51,529 nt of DNA from an uncultured Gammaproteobacteria bacterium (GCA_964360435.1 CAYHVQ010000003.1:1-51529), one strand, 5' to 3'; positions 1 through 9,427 are shown, numbered from the stretch's first letter. Made by a program: numbers and translations. The notes: generated from the letters alone by a model not told the origin.

Positions 1-377
1 AAAAAGTTGTCAAGAAAAAGAAAAAGCAATTTGTTCCATCTGGACAGGTGCATATTTTGGCGACCTACAACAATACTCTGGTGAGTATTACAGATCCGGG
101 GGGGAATGTTTTAGCATGGAGTTCCGCGGGTCACATGGGGTTTAAGGGTCCGAAAAAATCTACTCCGTATGCTGCGGGTGTTGTGGTTCGCGAAGTTGTG
201 GAAAAAGTTCGCGAAATGGGGTTGAAAGAAGTGGATGTCTTTGTGAAGGGCGTTGGGAGCGGGCGCGAGGCCGCCGTTCGAGCACTCGGAGCGCAGGGGT
301 TGACGGTAAATGTGATTAAAGATATTACGCCGATTCCTCACAATGGACCTCGACCCCCCAAACCCCGACGCGGTTAG
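1..377 (+). CDS. rpsK: 30S ribosomal protein S11 (5' partial)
   Basis: ATYNNT, WSSAG, KKSTPYAA, GSGREAA and DITPIPHNG motifs; frame is open from the window edge, so the true start lies upstream. Confidence 0.97.
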   Translation, partial: KVVKKKKKQFVPSGQVHILATYNNTLVSITDPGGNVLAWSSAGHMGFKGPKKSTPYAAGVVVREVVEKVREMGLKEVDVFVKGVGSGREAAVRALGAQGLTVNVIKDITPIPHNGPRPPKPRRG

Positions 378-397
378 ATTTAAGTTATTTTACGTTC

Positions 398-1030
398 ATG
401 GCTCGACCACTCGATCATAAATGCAAGCAATGCCGTCGTGAAGGAGAAAAGCTTTTTTTGAAAGGGGAGCGTTGCTATACGACAAAGTGCCCAATGGTGA
501 AACGGAACTACCCCCCAGGCATGCATGGTCCTAAACGACAAATGAAGACGAGTGAGTTTGGGACGCAAATGCGTGCAAAGCAAAAACTCCGGCGATCGTA
601 TCGGATTCTCGAGCGGCAATTTCAGGGGCTGGTGGAGAAAGCTCGAAAACAGACCGGAGATACTGGTGAAATTATTCTTCGAGCACTGGAAATGCGTTTG
701 GATAATGTGATTTATCGCGCAGGCGTCGGACAGTCTCGTGATCAAGCTCGACAGCTTGTTCAACACGCCCACTTTCTTGTGAATGGCAAGCCGGTGAACA
801 TTCCGTCGTATCGAGTCAAGCCGGATGATCATGTTACGCTGAAACCCGGACACATGCAGGGGAAATATTTTGAAGAAGTTTTGAAACGAATTGGGAAACA
901 TGATGCTCCGTCCTGGCTGACGGTCAATAAGCAGACCCTGGAGACTATTATTCTTGGAATGCCGAGCAAGGAGGACTTGCATCAATCCTTCGATATGCAG
1001 CTTGTTGTTGAGTACTATTCGCGCCGTTAA
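398..1030 (+). CDS. rpsD: 30S ribosomal protein S4 (Zn-binding C+ type)
   Basis: CKQCRREGEKLFLKGERC, LEMRLDNVIYR, ARQLVQH and VVEYYSR motifs; alpha-operon position. Confidence 0.98.
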   Translation: MARPLDHKCKQCRREGEKLFLKGERCYTTKCPMVKRNYPPGMHGPKRQMKTSEFGTQMRAKQKLRRSYRILERQFQGLVEKARKQTGDTGEIILRALEMRLDNVIYRAGVGQSRDQARQLVQHAHFLVNGKPVNIPSYRVKPDDHVTLKPGHMQGKYFEEVLKRIGKHDAPSWLTVNKQTLETIILGMPSKEDLHQSFDMQLVVEYYSRR

Positions 1031-1072
1031 TTTTTTGTACTCTGTTTTCTTAATTTCTTCATCTCGAATTGT

Positions 1073-1852
1073 ATGGAACATCACATCCCTCTCCCAACTT
1101 CCGTGCGTGTGGAACGCGCTTCAGAAAATGATGCGACGATGATTTTGGAGCCTTTTTATCCGGGATACGGAACAACGATTGGCAATGCGCTTCGCCGCGT
1201 GTTGCTTTCTTCCATGCCCGGCGCAGCCATTACGAGCGTAAAGATCAAAGGGGTTCAGCACGAATTTTCAACGATTGATCATGTGAAAGAGGATGTTGTT
1301 GGGATTATCCTTCAACTCAAATTGGTTCGTGTTAAGCTTTTGCAGGATGAGCCGGTGACGCTCAAGATGAAAGTAAAGGGTGAAAAAGTTGTAACAGCAG
1401 CAGATTTTGAAGCAAATAGCGCAGTCGAGGTCAGGAATCCTGAACAGCATCTAGCAACATTAACTTCGCCAAGTGCGACCTTTGAGATGGAGGTGATAGT
1501 TGAAAAAGGGCTGGGATACCGGCCGGTTGAGGCTCGAGAAAAAGAAAAGCTAGAGCTCGGAACAATTGCGATTGACGCTATTTTTACTCCGGTTCGCACG
1601 GTCAATTTCAAAGTTGAGCACGTTCGGGTGGGTCAGGTGACGAATTTTGAACGCGTTGATTTGCAGGTTGTTACGGATGGCATTATTGACCCAGAGGCCG
1701 CATTTCGGCACGCGGTTCAAATTCTCTTAGATCATTATCAGCACCTGCAGACATTAGGACAGGGATCCGCGGCAACGGAAGAGATGCCTGTGGAAACCGT
1801 AGACATTTTAGAGACCACGAAGCCGGCCACAGAAGAAGGGGTCAATTCATAA
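1073..1852 (+). CDS. rpoA: RNA polymerase alpha subunit, N-terminal domain only (no alphaCTD)
   Basis: EPFYPGYGTTIGNALRRVLLSS, HEFSTI and IDAIFTPV motifs; 259 aa; lies between rpsD and rplQ. Confidence 0.97.
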   Translation: MEHHIPLPTSVRVERASENDATMILEPFYPGYGTTIGNALRRVLLSSMPGAAITSVKIKGVQHEFSTIDHVKEDVVGIILQLKLVRVKLLQDEPVTLKMKVKGEKVVTAADFEANSAVEVRNPEQHLATLTSPSATFEMEVIVEKGLGYRPVEAREKEKLELGTIAIDAIFTPVRTVNFKVEHVRVGQVTNFERVDLQVVTDGIIDPEAAFRHAVQILLDHYQHLQTLGQGSAATEEMPVETVDILETTKPATEEGVNS

Positions 1853-1861
1853 TTCGGAATT

Positions 1862-2215
1862 ATGCGCCATCAAAAGCAACATAAGATTTTTGGCAGAAAA
1901 AAGGCGTCGCGGGATGCGCTAGCAACGCACCTTTGTACGGCATTTTTGGAACATGAGGCTATTCAAACGACACAGGAAAAGGCAAAGTGGATTCAACCGA
2001 TGGTGGAGCAGGTGATTACATTGGGAAAAGAAAACACCCTTCATCACCGCCGAAGGTTACTCCAGCTATTAGGAGACGAGAATCTCGTGGAAAAAGTCGT
2101 TAAAAAAATTAGCCCGCGATTTGCCTCGCGGCCAGGAGGGTATACGCGTGTCGTAAAAATCCGCCAGCGAAAAACCGATGGCGCAAATGTTGTTCAGCTT
2201 GAATTGGTTTCTTAA
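1862..2215 (+). CDS. rplQ: 50S ribosomal protein L17
   Basis: MRH start, IQTT..KAK and RPGGYTRVVK motifs. Confidence 0.97.
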   Translation: MRHQKQHKIFGRKKASRDALATHLCTAFLEHEAIQTTQEKAKWIQPMVEQVITLGKENTLHHRRRLLQLLGDENLVEKVVKKISPRFASRPGGYTRVVKIRQRKTDGANVVQLELVS

Positions 2216-2217
2216 AT

Positions 2218-2580
2218 ATGAAAAAATCTCCAACCCGCAAAGTTCACCGTATTGACGCCGCTGATGAAGTTTTTGGTCGTCTAGCGTCTCGCATTGCGGT
2301 TCTTCTTCGGGGAAAGCATAAAGCCTCCTTTCACCCTGCAGAGGATCGTGGAGATATTGTTCATGTGACGAATTGCGCAAAGATTAAATTTACCGGTCGA
2401 AAGCTCGATCAAAAGAAGTATTACCGCCATTCTCACTACCCGGGCGGCTTGAAGGAAACCCTACTGCGGACTCGGTTTAATGTTCATCCGGAAGAACTTT
2501 TGCGTGATGCTGTGTTGCATATGCTTCCGGACAATCGGACTAGATCCGTTTTGATTCGTCGTTTACGCATTGAAAAATAG
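2218..2580 (+). CDS. rplM: 50S ribosomal protein L13 (short form)
   Basis: IDA...GRLASRIA.LLRGKHK, YYRHSHYPGGLK and MLP motifs. Confidence 0.97.
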   Translation: MKKSPTRKVHRIDAADEVFGRLASRIAVLLRGKHKASFHPAEDRGDIVHVTNCAKIKFTGRKLDQKKYYRHSHYPGGLKETLLRTRFNVHPEELLRDAVLHMLPDNRTRSVLIRRLRIEK

Positions 2581-2586
2581 ATTCTC

Positions 2587-3000
2587 ATGTCACTTACACC
2601 ACGGGTTCGTCGAACCTATCTCTATGCGGTTGGCCGCCGAAAGTGCGCAACTGCGCGTGTCCGAATCTACAAAAAAGGTGATCCACTTTTTTTGGTAAAT
2701 GAGCAGGATGTTACGGTATTTTTTTCTGAAGAATCCCTGCAAAGCCTTGTTTTTTCGCCATTGGAGAAAGCAAGTCTCAAAGACCAATTGCGGATTACGG
2801 TTAAGGTTGCAGGTGGGGGAAAACGCGGTCAGGCCGAAAGTGTTCGTCACGGACTTTCGCGTGCACTGCTAAAATGGGATAAAGAGCTTCGTCCTGCGTT
2901 GAAAAAGGCCGGATTTCTCCGCCGAGATCCGCGTGTGAAGGAGCGCAAAAAATACGGTTTGAAACGCGCGCGACGAGCGCCGCAGTGGGCCAAGCGTTAG
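2587..3000 (+). CDS. rpsI: 30S ribosomal protein S9
   Basis: GRRK..ARV, GGG..GQA and RDPRVKERKKYGLKRARRAPQWAKR motifs. Confidence 0.98.
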   Translation: MSLTPRVRRTYLYAVGRRKCATARVRIYKKGDPLFLVNEQDVTVFFSEESLQSLVFSPLEKASLKDQLRITVKVAGGGKRGQAESVRHGLSRALLKWDKELRPALKKAGFLRRDPRVKERKKYGLKRARRAPQWAKR

Positions 3001-3013
3001 AGGTCATCTCAAA
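2997..3013 (+). repeat. 17-nt post-stop motif, copy 1 (TTAGAGGTCATCTCAAA)
   Basis: 16/17 identical to 21764-21780 and 15/17 to the reverse complement of 49611-49627; each copy includes a gene's TAG stop. Confidence 0.6.
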
Positions 3014-3021
3014 TTGGATTT

Positions 3022-4503
3022 TTGTCCGTGCAACCTGCTTTGCTCAAACAACACTCCGTCGCAAAAAATACAACGATTCTTACGTTTGCATTTATTGTCC
3101 AGAAAATCCTTTCGCTGGTCTATTTTACGTATCTCGCTCGTCAAATTGGGGATGCAAACTTAGGGAGGTATACGGCGGCCATTGCTTTTGTTTCCATTTT
3201 TTCCATTTTTGCGGATTTTGGCTTAGGTCCGGTGCTTATTCGAGAGGGCGCGCGAGATCTTTCTCGTCTTCCAAAAGTCCTAAGTCAGATGCTAAGCCTA
3301 AAACTCCTCCTTTCCGCTGGCACAATCCTCATTTCGGTTGTTGCGATTCAGGTTCTTTCTGTGGGTTCGCAATACGATTTTTATGATCAGCTGTTAGTAT
3401 ATATCGCGCTTCTGTTTGTGATTTTTGATTCCTTTACCTTCACCTTCTATTCGGTTTTTCGAGCGGTTCAGCGGATGCACTACGAGGCAGTGGGTATTCT
3501 TGGCTACCAGTTTATCATATTACTTCTCGGGGGATTATTGATTTCACGGCACGCGCCGATTCATCTTCTCTTGGGCGTGATCACGCTGTCCAGTGCCGCT
3601 AACTTTTTTTTCTCTGGGTGGCTGGTGATTTCTAAGGCAAGGTTGAATGTGACGCTGGAGTGGAATAAGGAAATCTTTAAGAAGCTGTTGCTTCTTGCGA
3701 TCCCTTTTGCGCTTGCGGGAATATTTTTTAAGCTCAACGGATCTGTTGATTCCATTATGATTAAGTCATTGGTTGGAAACCGGCCAAATGGATGGTATAA
3801 TTTAGCATTCAAGCTCGCCACTGCATTGACGGTGTTACCGGGTGCATTTGCGACAAGCCTTTTTCCTGCGATGAGTCATGCGTTTATTTCAGATCGTCCG
3901 CGGCTTGTTCGCCTCTTTGAGCAGGCGATGGTGTATCTCCTTGCCATGAGTCTTCCAATCGCGATTGGGACGTTTGTGCTTGCAAAGCCACTGATTGAAG
4001 GGCTGCTCTATAGCGTTGCGTGGTCGCGATCCGTTCCTGCACTTCAAATTTTTATGGTGGGTTTGGTTTTTGTCTTCTTGAATTATCCTGTTGGAAACTT
4101 CCTTATGGCCGCTAATAAGCAAGTTCGAAACACCGTGAATATGGGGATTGCGCTTCTGGTCAACATCATCTTGAATTTTCTGCTGATTCCTTGGTATGGG
4201 TATCTTGGTGCCGCGACTGCTGCCGTTGTGAGCAGTATTCTTGTCGTCGCGTTGGGGCTACCGGTCGTTTACCGTACACTTCCATTTCACATTCCCTTTC
4301 TCCTGGTAAAGAGCGCAAAGTTATTGATCGCAAGCGTTGCGATGGGATTGATCACTTGGGGGCTGCGAGATACGATTCCGCTGATCGTGAATCTGGTTTT
4401 AAGCGTCGCCGTGTATACGATCTTTGTCTTTCTTGTTCGCGCGTTTACCGTTACGGAACTTCGATCTCTTTTTGGCACTTACTTTCGACGACGAACGCCA
4501 TGA
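3022..4503 (+). CDS. Wzx/MOP-family polysaccharide flippase
   Basis: About 14 hydrophobic segments; ADFGL and G.YNLAFK motifs; glycosyltransferase neighbours; start could be TTG 3022 or GTG 3028. Confidence 0.88.
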   Translation: MSVQPALLKQHSVAKNTTILTFAFIVQKILSLVYFTYLARQIGDANLGRYTAAIAFVSIFSIFADFGLGPVLIREGARDLSRLPKVLSQMLSLKLLLSAGTILISVVAIQVLSVGSQYDFYDQLLVYIALLFVIFDSFTFTFYSVFRAVQRMHYEAVGILGYQFIILLLGGLLISRHAPIHLLLGVITLSSAANFFFSGWLVISKARLNVTLEWNKEIFKKLLLLAIPFALAGIFFKLNGSVDSIMIKSLVGNRPNGWYNLAFKLATALTVLPGAFATSLFPAMSHAFISDRPRLVRLFEQAMVYLLAMSLPIAIGTFVLAKPLIEGLLYSVAWSRSVPALQIFMVGLVFVFLNYPVGNFLMAANKQVRNTVNMGIALLVNIILNFLLIPWYGYLGAATAAVVSSILVVALGLPVVYRTLPFHIPFLLVKSAKLLIASVAMGLITWGLRDTIPLIVNLVLSVAVYTIFVFLVRAFTVTELRSLFGTYFRRRTP

Positions 4504-5639
4504 AACGATGTTTGTGGGTTACGCTTCATTTTCCTCCGGAAATTGGAGGAGTTCAGGAATACACCTTTCAACTACTTCGGCGGCTTCCGAAGGAGGGGGT
4601 TGTTGTTTTGTGTCCGCCGAGTAAGGATAGCCGGATTTGGGATTCGGCACAGAGCTTTTCCGTTGTACGGAGAAATTTTTTCACGCGTTTACCGATTTGG
4701 CCGCGCTGGGTGGTGTTGTTTTGGCATGTTTTTTTCACAGCAATTACAAAACGGATCGATATTTTTCACGCCGGAGAAGTTCTTCCTACCGGTGCAGTTG
4801 TTATGGTTGTTGCGCGCCTGCTTCGGCGTCCTTATTTTTTGACAACCCATGGAATGGATATTCTCCTCCCTCAACAGTTTCTCCGAAAGCAGTGGCTGGC
4901 AAAAAAAGTTTACCGTCAAGCGTGCGCCATTACCGTCTTGAGTCAATATGCAAAACATCAGGTTCAAGCGCAGGGGGTTGATCCGGGAAAAATTGTCGTG
5001 CTTTCACCGTCCACTGACCTTCGCTCGCGGCCGCAGGACGCTGAAATGGCGGCATCCCTTCGCGCACGCTGGCGGTTGGAGAACAAGCGCATCGTTTTCT
5101 CACTTTCCCGTTTGGTGAGGAGGAAGGGACACGACCATCTGATTCGAGCATTTGCGAGGATTGCCGAAAAGGCGTCCGATGTCCAGTTGGTGATCGGGGG
5201 GACAGGTCCAGATGCGTCCTATCTCGAAATGCTTGCTCATCAGCATCATCTCTCGGATCGGATCACGTTTCTTGGGCGAGTCTCGGATGAAGAGAAGCGC
5301 GGATGGTTTCAACTTTGCACTTTTTTTGCGCTGGTTCCGCGACTAGAAAATGGTGCGGATGTGGAAGGTTTCGGCATTGTGTACTGGGAAGCGGCGGCTT
5401 TTGAAAAAGCGGTTCTTGCAAGCACGAGCGGCGGCGTTCCTGAAGCGGTGACGGATCACGAGACTGGTCTGCTGGCGAATCCGGAGGATATTGAGACCAT
5501 CGCGGAAAAGATGCTGACATTGCTGACTGACGCTGAACTGCGAGCTAAGCTCGGTTCCGCGGCGCGGAAAAACCATTCCTTCCAGTCCTGGGATCACCAG
5601 GCGGAAATCCTTCAGCACCTCTATCAATCTCACGGATGA
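4500..5639 (+). CDS. GT4 glycosyltransferase (PimB-like)
   Basis: FPPEIGGVQ, RLVRRKG and EGFGIVYWEA motifs; ATG 4500 overlaps the flippase stop (ATGA), so the listed 4191 start is unlikely. Confidence 0.9.
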   Translation: MKRCLWVTLHFPPEIGGVQEYTFQLLRRLPKEGVVVLCPPSKDSRIWDSAQSFSVVRRNFFTRLPIWPRWVVLFWHVFFTAITKRIDIFHAGEVLPTGAVVMVVARLLRRPYFLTTHGMDILLPQQFLRKQWLAKKVYRQACAITVLSQYAKHQVQAQGVDPGKIVVLSPSTDLRSRPQDAEMAASLRARWRLENKRIVFSLSRLVRRKGHDHLIRAFARIAEKASDVQLVIGGTGPDASYLEMLAHQHHLSDRITFLGRVSDEEKRGWFQLCTFFALVPRLENGADVEGFGIVYWEAAAFEKAVLASTSGGVPEAVTDHETGLLANPEDIETIAEKMLTLLTDAELRAKLGSAARKNHSFQSWDHQAEILQHLYQSHG

Positions 5640-6808
5640 ATATCCTAATGATTTCAATGTCCGGCGCCTTTGACTGGAAGCGGGGAGTCGCGAACCGTAA
5701 CAGATTTATTTTGGCGGAGCTCGCAAAACATCCTGATGTCCAGCGGATTGTTACCGTTGACCTTCTACCGTGGACTCCGAAAGGGGCGGTGAAAGAATGG
5801 CTGAAGGCGGGGATGGCGTTTGGAAAACATCTATCCTTGGACACAGCAATTTCTGATTGGGCGGGGGTTTCCGTTTGTTCAACAATCGCATCGCTCCGGC
5901 CGAGAGCAATTCTACATCAGCGTCTGAATCAAGTTATTCGCCATTTCCATTTGGATGATGACGAGCTGCTTTTATGGAATGTCCATCCCTTTTTTGCGGA
6001 TATTCTCAAAGGCGTTGAGGTGGATTGGAGTGTTTTTGACGTTGTTGATGACTGGCGCGCACACAGCCATTTTTCAAAATATCGGGATCATCTAGACGAA
6101 CAATATGCGTTTATGACGTCGGCCTACGACACCGTCTTTACGGTTTCAAAAACATTACAGCAGCGATTTTCCGAACATCCGAATATCCACTGGATCCCGA
6201 ATGGCGTGGATGTAGAGCACTGGACGCGGCCAAAGGAGCATAGCCGAGTTGCTCAAGCGGTTTCTCGCCTTCCGCGACCCATTTGTGGTTATCACGGGGT
6301 TATTCAGAATCGTTTGGATTTCGATTTGCTTGAGGTTCTTGCAAGGACCCTTCCAGACGTTTCATTTGTCTTTGCTGGTCCAACGTGGCCTGCCTTTCTG
6401 AAATCCATTCGCCCGCAAGCACCGGAAATTCGTCGCCTGAAGGCATTCTCGAATGTTCATTTTCTTGGAATGGTGCCGTATGACGAAACGCCAGCCGTTG
6501 GCGCACAGTTTGATGTTGCAATCATCCCGCATCGACAAGATGAACTCACAAAGACGATGAATCCCATGAAAATTTATGAGTATCTTGCGGAGGGAAATCG
6601 AATAGTCACAACGCCAGTAGAGGGAGTGGATGTGTTTTCATCATGGATTCGAGTTGCAGAAACACCACAGGCCTTTGTAGACGCCGTACGGGAAGAGCTT
6701 GCGGTCGGGAAAACCGACCGCACCCAGCGCCAAGCCGTCGTTGCATCCATGCAGTGGAGCAATCGTGTTGAAGAGATGATGCGCGTGATTAAGGAAATTC
6801 GAGAATGA
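5636..6808 (+). CDS. GT4-like glycosyltransferase (TuaH-like)
   Basis: FDVVDDW, IPNGVD, R.DFDLL and NPMKIYEYLA motifs. Confidence 0.85.
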   Translation: MNILMISMSGAFDWKRGVANRNRFILAELAKHPDVQRIVTVDLLPWTPKGAVKEWLKAGMAFGKHLSLDTAISDWAGVSVCSTIASLRPRAILHQRLNQVIRHFHLDDDELLLWNVHPFFADILKGVEVDWSVFDVVDDWRAHSHFSKYRDHLDEQYAFMTSAYDTVFTVSKTLQQRFSEHPNIHWIPNGVDVEHWTRPKEHSRVAQAVSRLPRPICGYHGVIQNRLDFDLLEVLARTLPDVSFVFAGPTWPAFLKSIRPQAPEIRRLKAFSNVHFLGMVPYDETPAVGAQFDVAIIPHRQDELTKTMNPMKIYEYLAEGNRIVTTPVEGVDVFSSWIRVAETPQAFVDAVREELAVGKTDRTQRQAVVASMQWSNRVEEMMRVIKEIRE

Positions 6809-7596
6809 AGAAATATTTTAAAGTTGCTTCTTTAGCCTTTCAGGAGCAAGCGGCCTACCGCCTAAATTTTTATCTTGGCCTACTGAATGAGTTTTTTATT
6901 TTTTCGGTTTTTGTTTTATTCTGGAGAAAAATCTATGAGAGCGGCCAGCAACTCGGCGACTATAGTTTTGAGGCGCTGGCAACTTATCTCCTCGTTATGA
7001 TGCTTGTCAATCTCGTTGTCCGGCATTGGATGGCAAACGATGTGCGTCAGGATATTCAAGAGGGCATAATCCTTCCTCTTCTGACAAAACCCATTAGCTA
7101 TGTTGCACTTATGTTCGCAAAACGTTTGGGCGCAAAGAGCGCATTTGTCCTTTGGACGAGTTGGCTGGTCTTCCTGGCAGGAATGATTGTTCCGTTTGTT
7201 ACCCTTCCGAAAAATATTTTTCTTTGGCTGGGATTCGCCATCTCTCTCTTTTTTGCGTTTTTGACATATTTTTTTATTCAATATCTTGCGGGGCTTGCCA
7301 GTTTTTGGCTGGGGAATAGTCACGGACTTACGTTTGCGATCTTTCTTGTCACGATTCTTCTTTCTGGATCCCTCCTGCCCCTCGATCTTTTTCCTAACTG
7401 GCTCCGAATGATCACAGATTGGCTCCCTTTTCAGTTTACTGCATATGTTCCGATTTCCACTTTTCTTGGACGTCTTTCTCCACAAGGATGGTTTGTGCTC
7501 ATGGGAAAGAATCTTTTGTGGATTTTCGGGTTTATGCTTTTTTCAAAGTGGTTGTGGATTCGAGGATTAAGGCGATATGAGGCGTATGGTCAGTAA
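6805..7596 (+). CDS. ABC-2 family (DUF990-type) permease
   Basis: AYRLNF, DIQEG...LTKP and LSGSLLPLDLFP motifs; about 6 TM segments. Confidence 0.85.
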   Translation: MKKYFKVASLAFQEQAAYRLNFYLGLLNEFFIFSVFVLFWRKIYESGQQLGDYSFEALATYLLVMMLVNLVVRHWMANDVRQDIQEGIILPLLTKPISYVALMFAKRLGAKSAFVLWTSWLVFLAGMIVPFVTLPKNIFLWLGFAISLFFAFLTYFFIQYLAGLASFWLGNSHGLTFAIFLVTILLSGSLLPLDLFPNWLRMITDWLPFQFTAYVPISTFLGRLSPQGWFVLMGKNLLWIFGFMLFSKWLWIRGLRRYEAYGQ

Positions 7597-8389
7597 TATC
7601 CGACGAATTTTGCATCTTTATCGTATTTTTTTTCGGATTAATCTCATTACGCAGATGATGTACCGCGGGGGTTTTCTGCTCATCGTCATCGTGAGCGCGT
7701 TTGATGTTTTTCTCGGGCTTGTTTTTATCAACGTCATTTATGGCCATGTGGTGACGATTGGAGATTGGAATTACACACAGGCCTTAGTGATTATCGCAAC
7801 ATCGGCGCTGATTGATGGCCTTTCCTGGATGACATTTCGAACATTTATTCGAATTGATAACCTGATTCGTACGGGAAAGTTTGATTATTTTCTTGCATAT
7901 CCCGTGGATGCGCAAATTCTTGCGACGATTTCGCGGATGGACTTGGAGGATATTTCGCGCGTGGTTTTTGGAATCGGGTTGCTCGTCTATTCCCTGCGCG
8001 TGCAAGACCTCCCGCTGGGAGTCATCTTGCCCATGATTCCACTTTACATTGTGATGGTTTTCAATGCGCTTGTCATTTTTTATTCACTTTTGGTGATGAT
8101 TAAGTCCATTGCATTTTGGACAGTCCAGACGGATCGCTTAAACGAGCTCACGTTTACTTTTATTGATACGACGCCATACCCGATGGATATTTTTGGCCGA
8201 ATCGGCCGCGTTTTTTTGACCATCGTGATTCCCGTTACGATGATTGCGACATTTCCCGCTCGAGTTCTTTTAGGGAGAGATGTTATTCCGCTCGTCATCC
8301 TTTCGTGCTTGATGGCCTGGTTGTTTGCGACCGTGAGTCGAAAGATTTGGACAATCTCGTTGAAGAGATATAGCTCCGCGAGCTCCTGA
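7577..8389 (+). CDS. ABC-2 family (DUF990-type) permease
   Basis: MYR..F, IRTGKFD...PV and YPMDIF motifs; start may be 7586. Confidence 0.85.
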   Translation: MRRMVSNIRRILHLYRIFFRINLITQMMYRGGFLLIVIVSAFDVFLGLVFINVIYGHVVTIGDWNYTQALVIIATSALIDGLSWMTFRTFIRIDNLIRTGKFDYFLAYPVDAQILATISRMDLEDISRVVFGIGLLVYSLRVQDLPLGVILPMIPLYIVMVFNALVIFYSLLVMIKSIAFWTVQTDRLNELTFTFIDTTPYPMDIFGRIGRVFLTIVIPVTMIATFPARVLLGRDVIPLVILSCLMAWLFATVSRKIWTISLKRYSSASS

Positions 8390-8408
8390 TTCGGGTGCTG
8401 CCGTGTGA

Positions 8409-8437
8409 TGGACAAAGTTCTTTCTTTCTGTTAAAAT
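8409..8437 (+). promoter_or_regulatory. Putative sigma70 promoter (extended -10) of the ABC ATPase gene
   Basis: TGGACA-17 nt-TAAAAT with TG at the extended position; 9 nt from the -10 box to ATG 8447. Confidence 0.55.
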
Positions 8438-8446
8438 CACTCCACC

Positions 8447-9427
8447 ATGCAACCCGCGATCAAAGTTCAAAACCTTCGAAAAGACTACGAATATTACCGC
8501 AAAGCCCCTGGGCTCAAGGGCTCGTTTATGAGTTTATTCAAACGGGAAAAGCTGATCACCACCGCGGTGAGTAGTATTTCATTTACGATCCAGGAGGGTG
8601 AGCTTGTGGGTTTTTTGGGTCCAAATGGCGCCGGAAAAACGACAACACTAAAAATGCTCTCCGGAATTCTGCATCCCACTTCTGGATCCGCAACGGTTTT
8701 AGGACATACTCCATGGAACCGCGAGCCGGTGTATCAGAAGCAATTTTCCATTGTCATGGGGCAAAAAAATCAGCTCTGGTGGGATTTGCCGGCACAGGAA
8801 AGTTTTTTGTTGAATAAAGAAATCTACGAAGTTCCAGACGCAGACTATCAAGAAACCGTTGAGGAGTTGACGGCACTGCTAGATGTGGAAGATCTTCTTG
8901 ATATTCCCGTTCGAAAGCTGTCTCTTGGCCAGCGGATGAAGTGCGAGCTCGTCGCGGCACTTCTTCATCGTCCGAAAGTTTTATTTCTAGATGAGCCGAC
9001 GATTGGATTGGACGTCATCTCCCAGCAAAACATTCGAGAATTTATTACGAGCTACAATCGGAAGGCACGAACGACCATTCTTCTCACGTCCCATTACATG
9101 GAAGATATTGAGCAGCTTTGTCACCGAGTGATTATTATCAATAAGGGGGTCATTGGTTATGATGGCGCGCTGGATCAGCTTGTGAGTCGCTACGTTGACC
9201 ATAAAGTATTGACGGTGACTTTTGAGAAGCCCGTGAAAAAAGACGCTCTTTTATCCTACGGCGATGTCGTTCGCTTTGAAGCACAGCACGCGGTCATTCA
9301 TGTTCCCCGCGGGGAGGCGAAGGATCGTGCGGCTCGTTTGCTTTCTTCTTCGCTACCGGTGGACGACATTCTGATTGATGAGGAGCAGATTGATGATGTG
9401 ATCCGAAAAGTTTTTCAATCAAATTAA
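8447..9427 (+). CDS. ABC transporter ATP-binding protein
   Basis: Walker A GPNGAGKTT, signature LSLGQRMK, Walker B LFLDEPT, H-loop TSH. Confidence 0.93.
   Translation: MQPAIKVQNLRKDYEYYRKAPGLKGSFMSLFKREKLITTAVSSISFTIQEGELVGFLGPNGAGKTTTLKMLSGILHPTSGSATVLGHTPWNREPVYQKQFSIVMGQKNQLWWDLPAQESFLLNKEIYEVPDADYQETVEELTALLDVEDLLDIPVRKLSLGQRMKCELVAALLHRPKVLFLDEPTIGLDVISQQNIREFITSYNRKARTTILLTSHYMEDIEQLCHRVIIINKGVIGYDGALDQLVSRYVDHKVLTVTFEKPVKKDALLSYGDVVRFEAQHAVIHVPRGEAKDRAARLLSSSLPVDDILIDEEQIDDVIRKVFQSN

Noticed and set aside
380-1084. 234-aa minus-strand ORF
   Set aside because: Antisense shadow of rpsD with no recognisable motifs
4191-4499. 103-aa N-terminal extension of the GT4 ORF
   Set aside because: Overlaps the flippase; ATG 4500 gives a normal GT4 start with an ATGA junction
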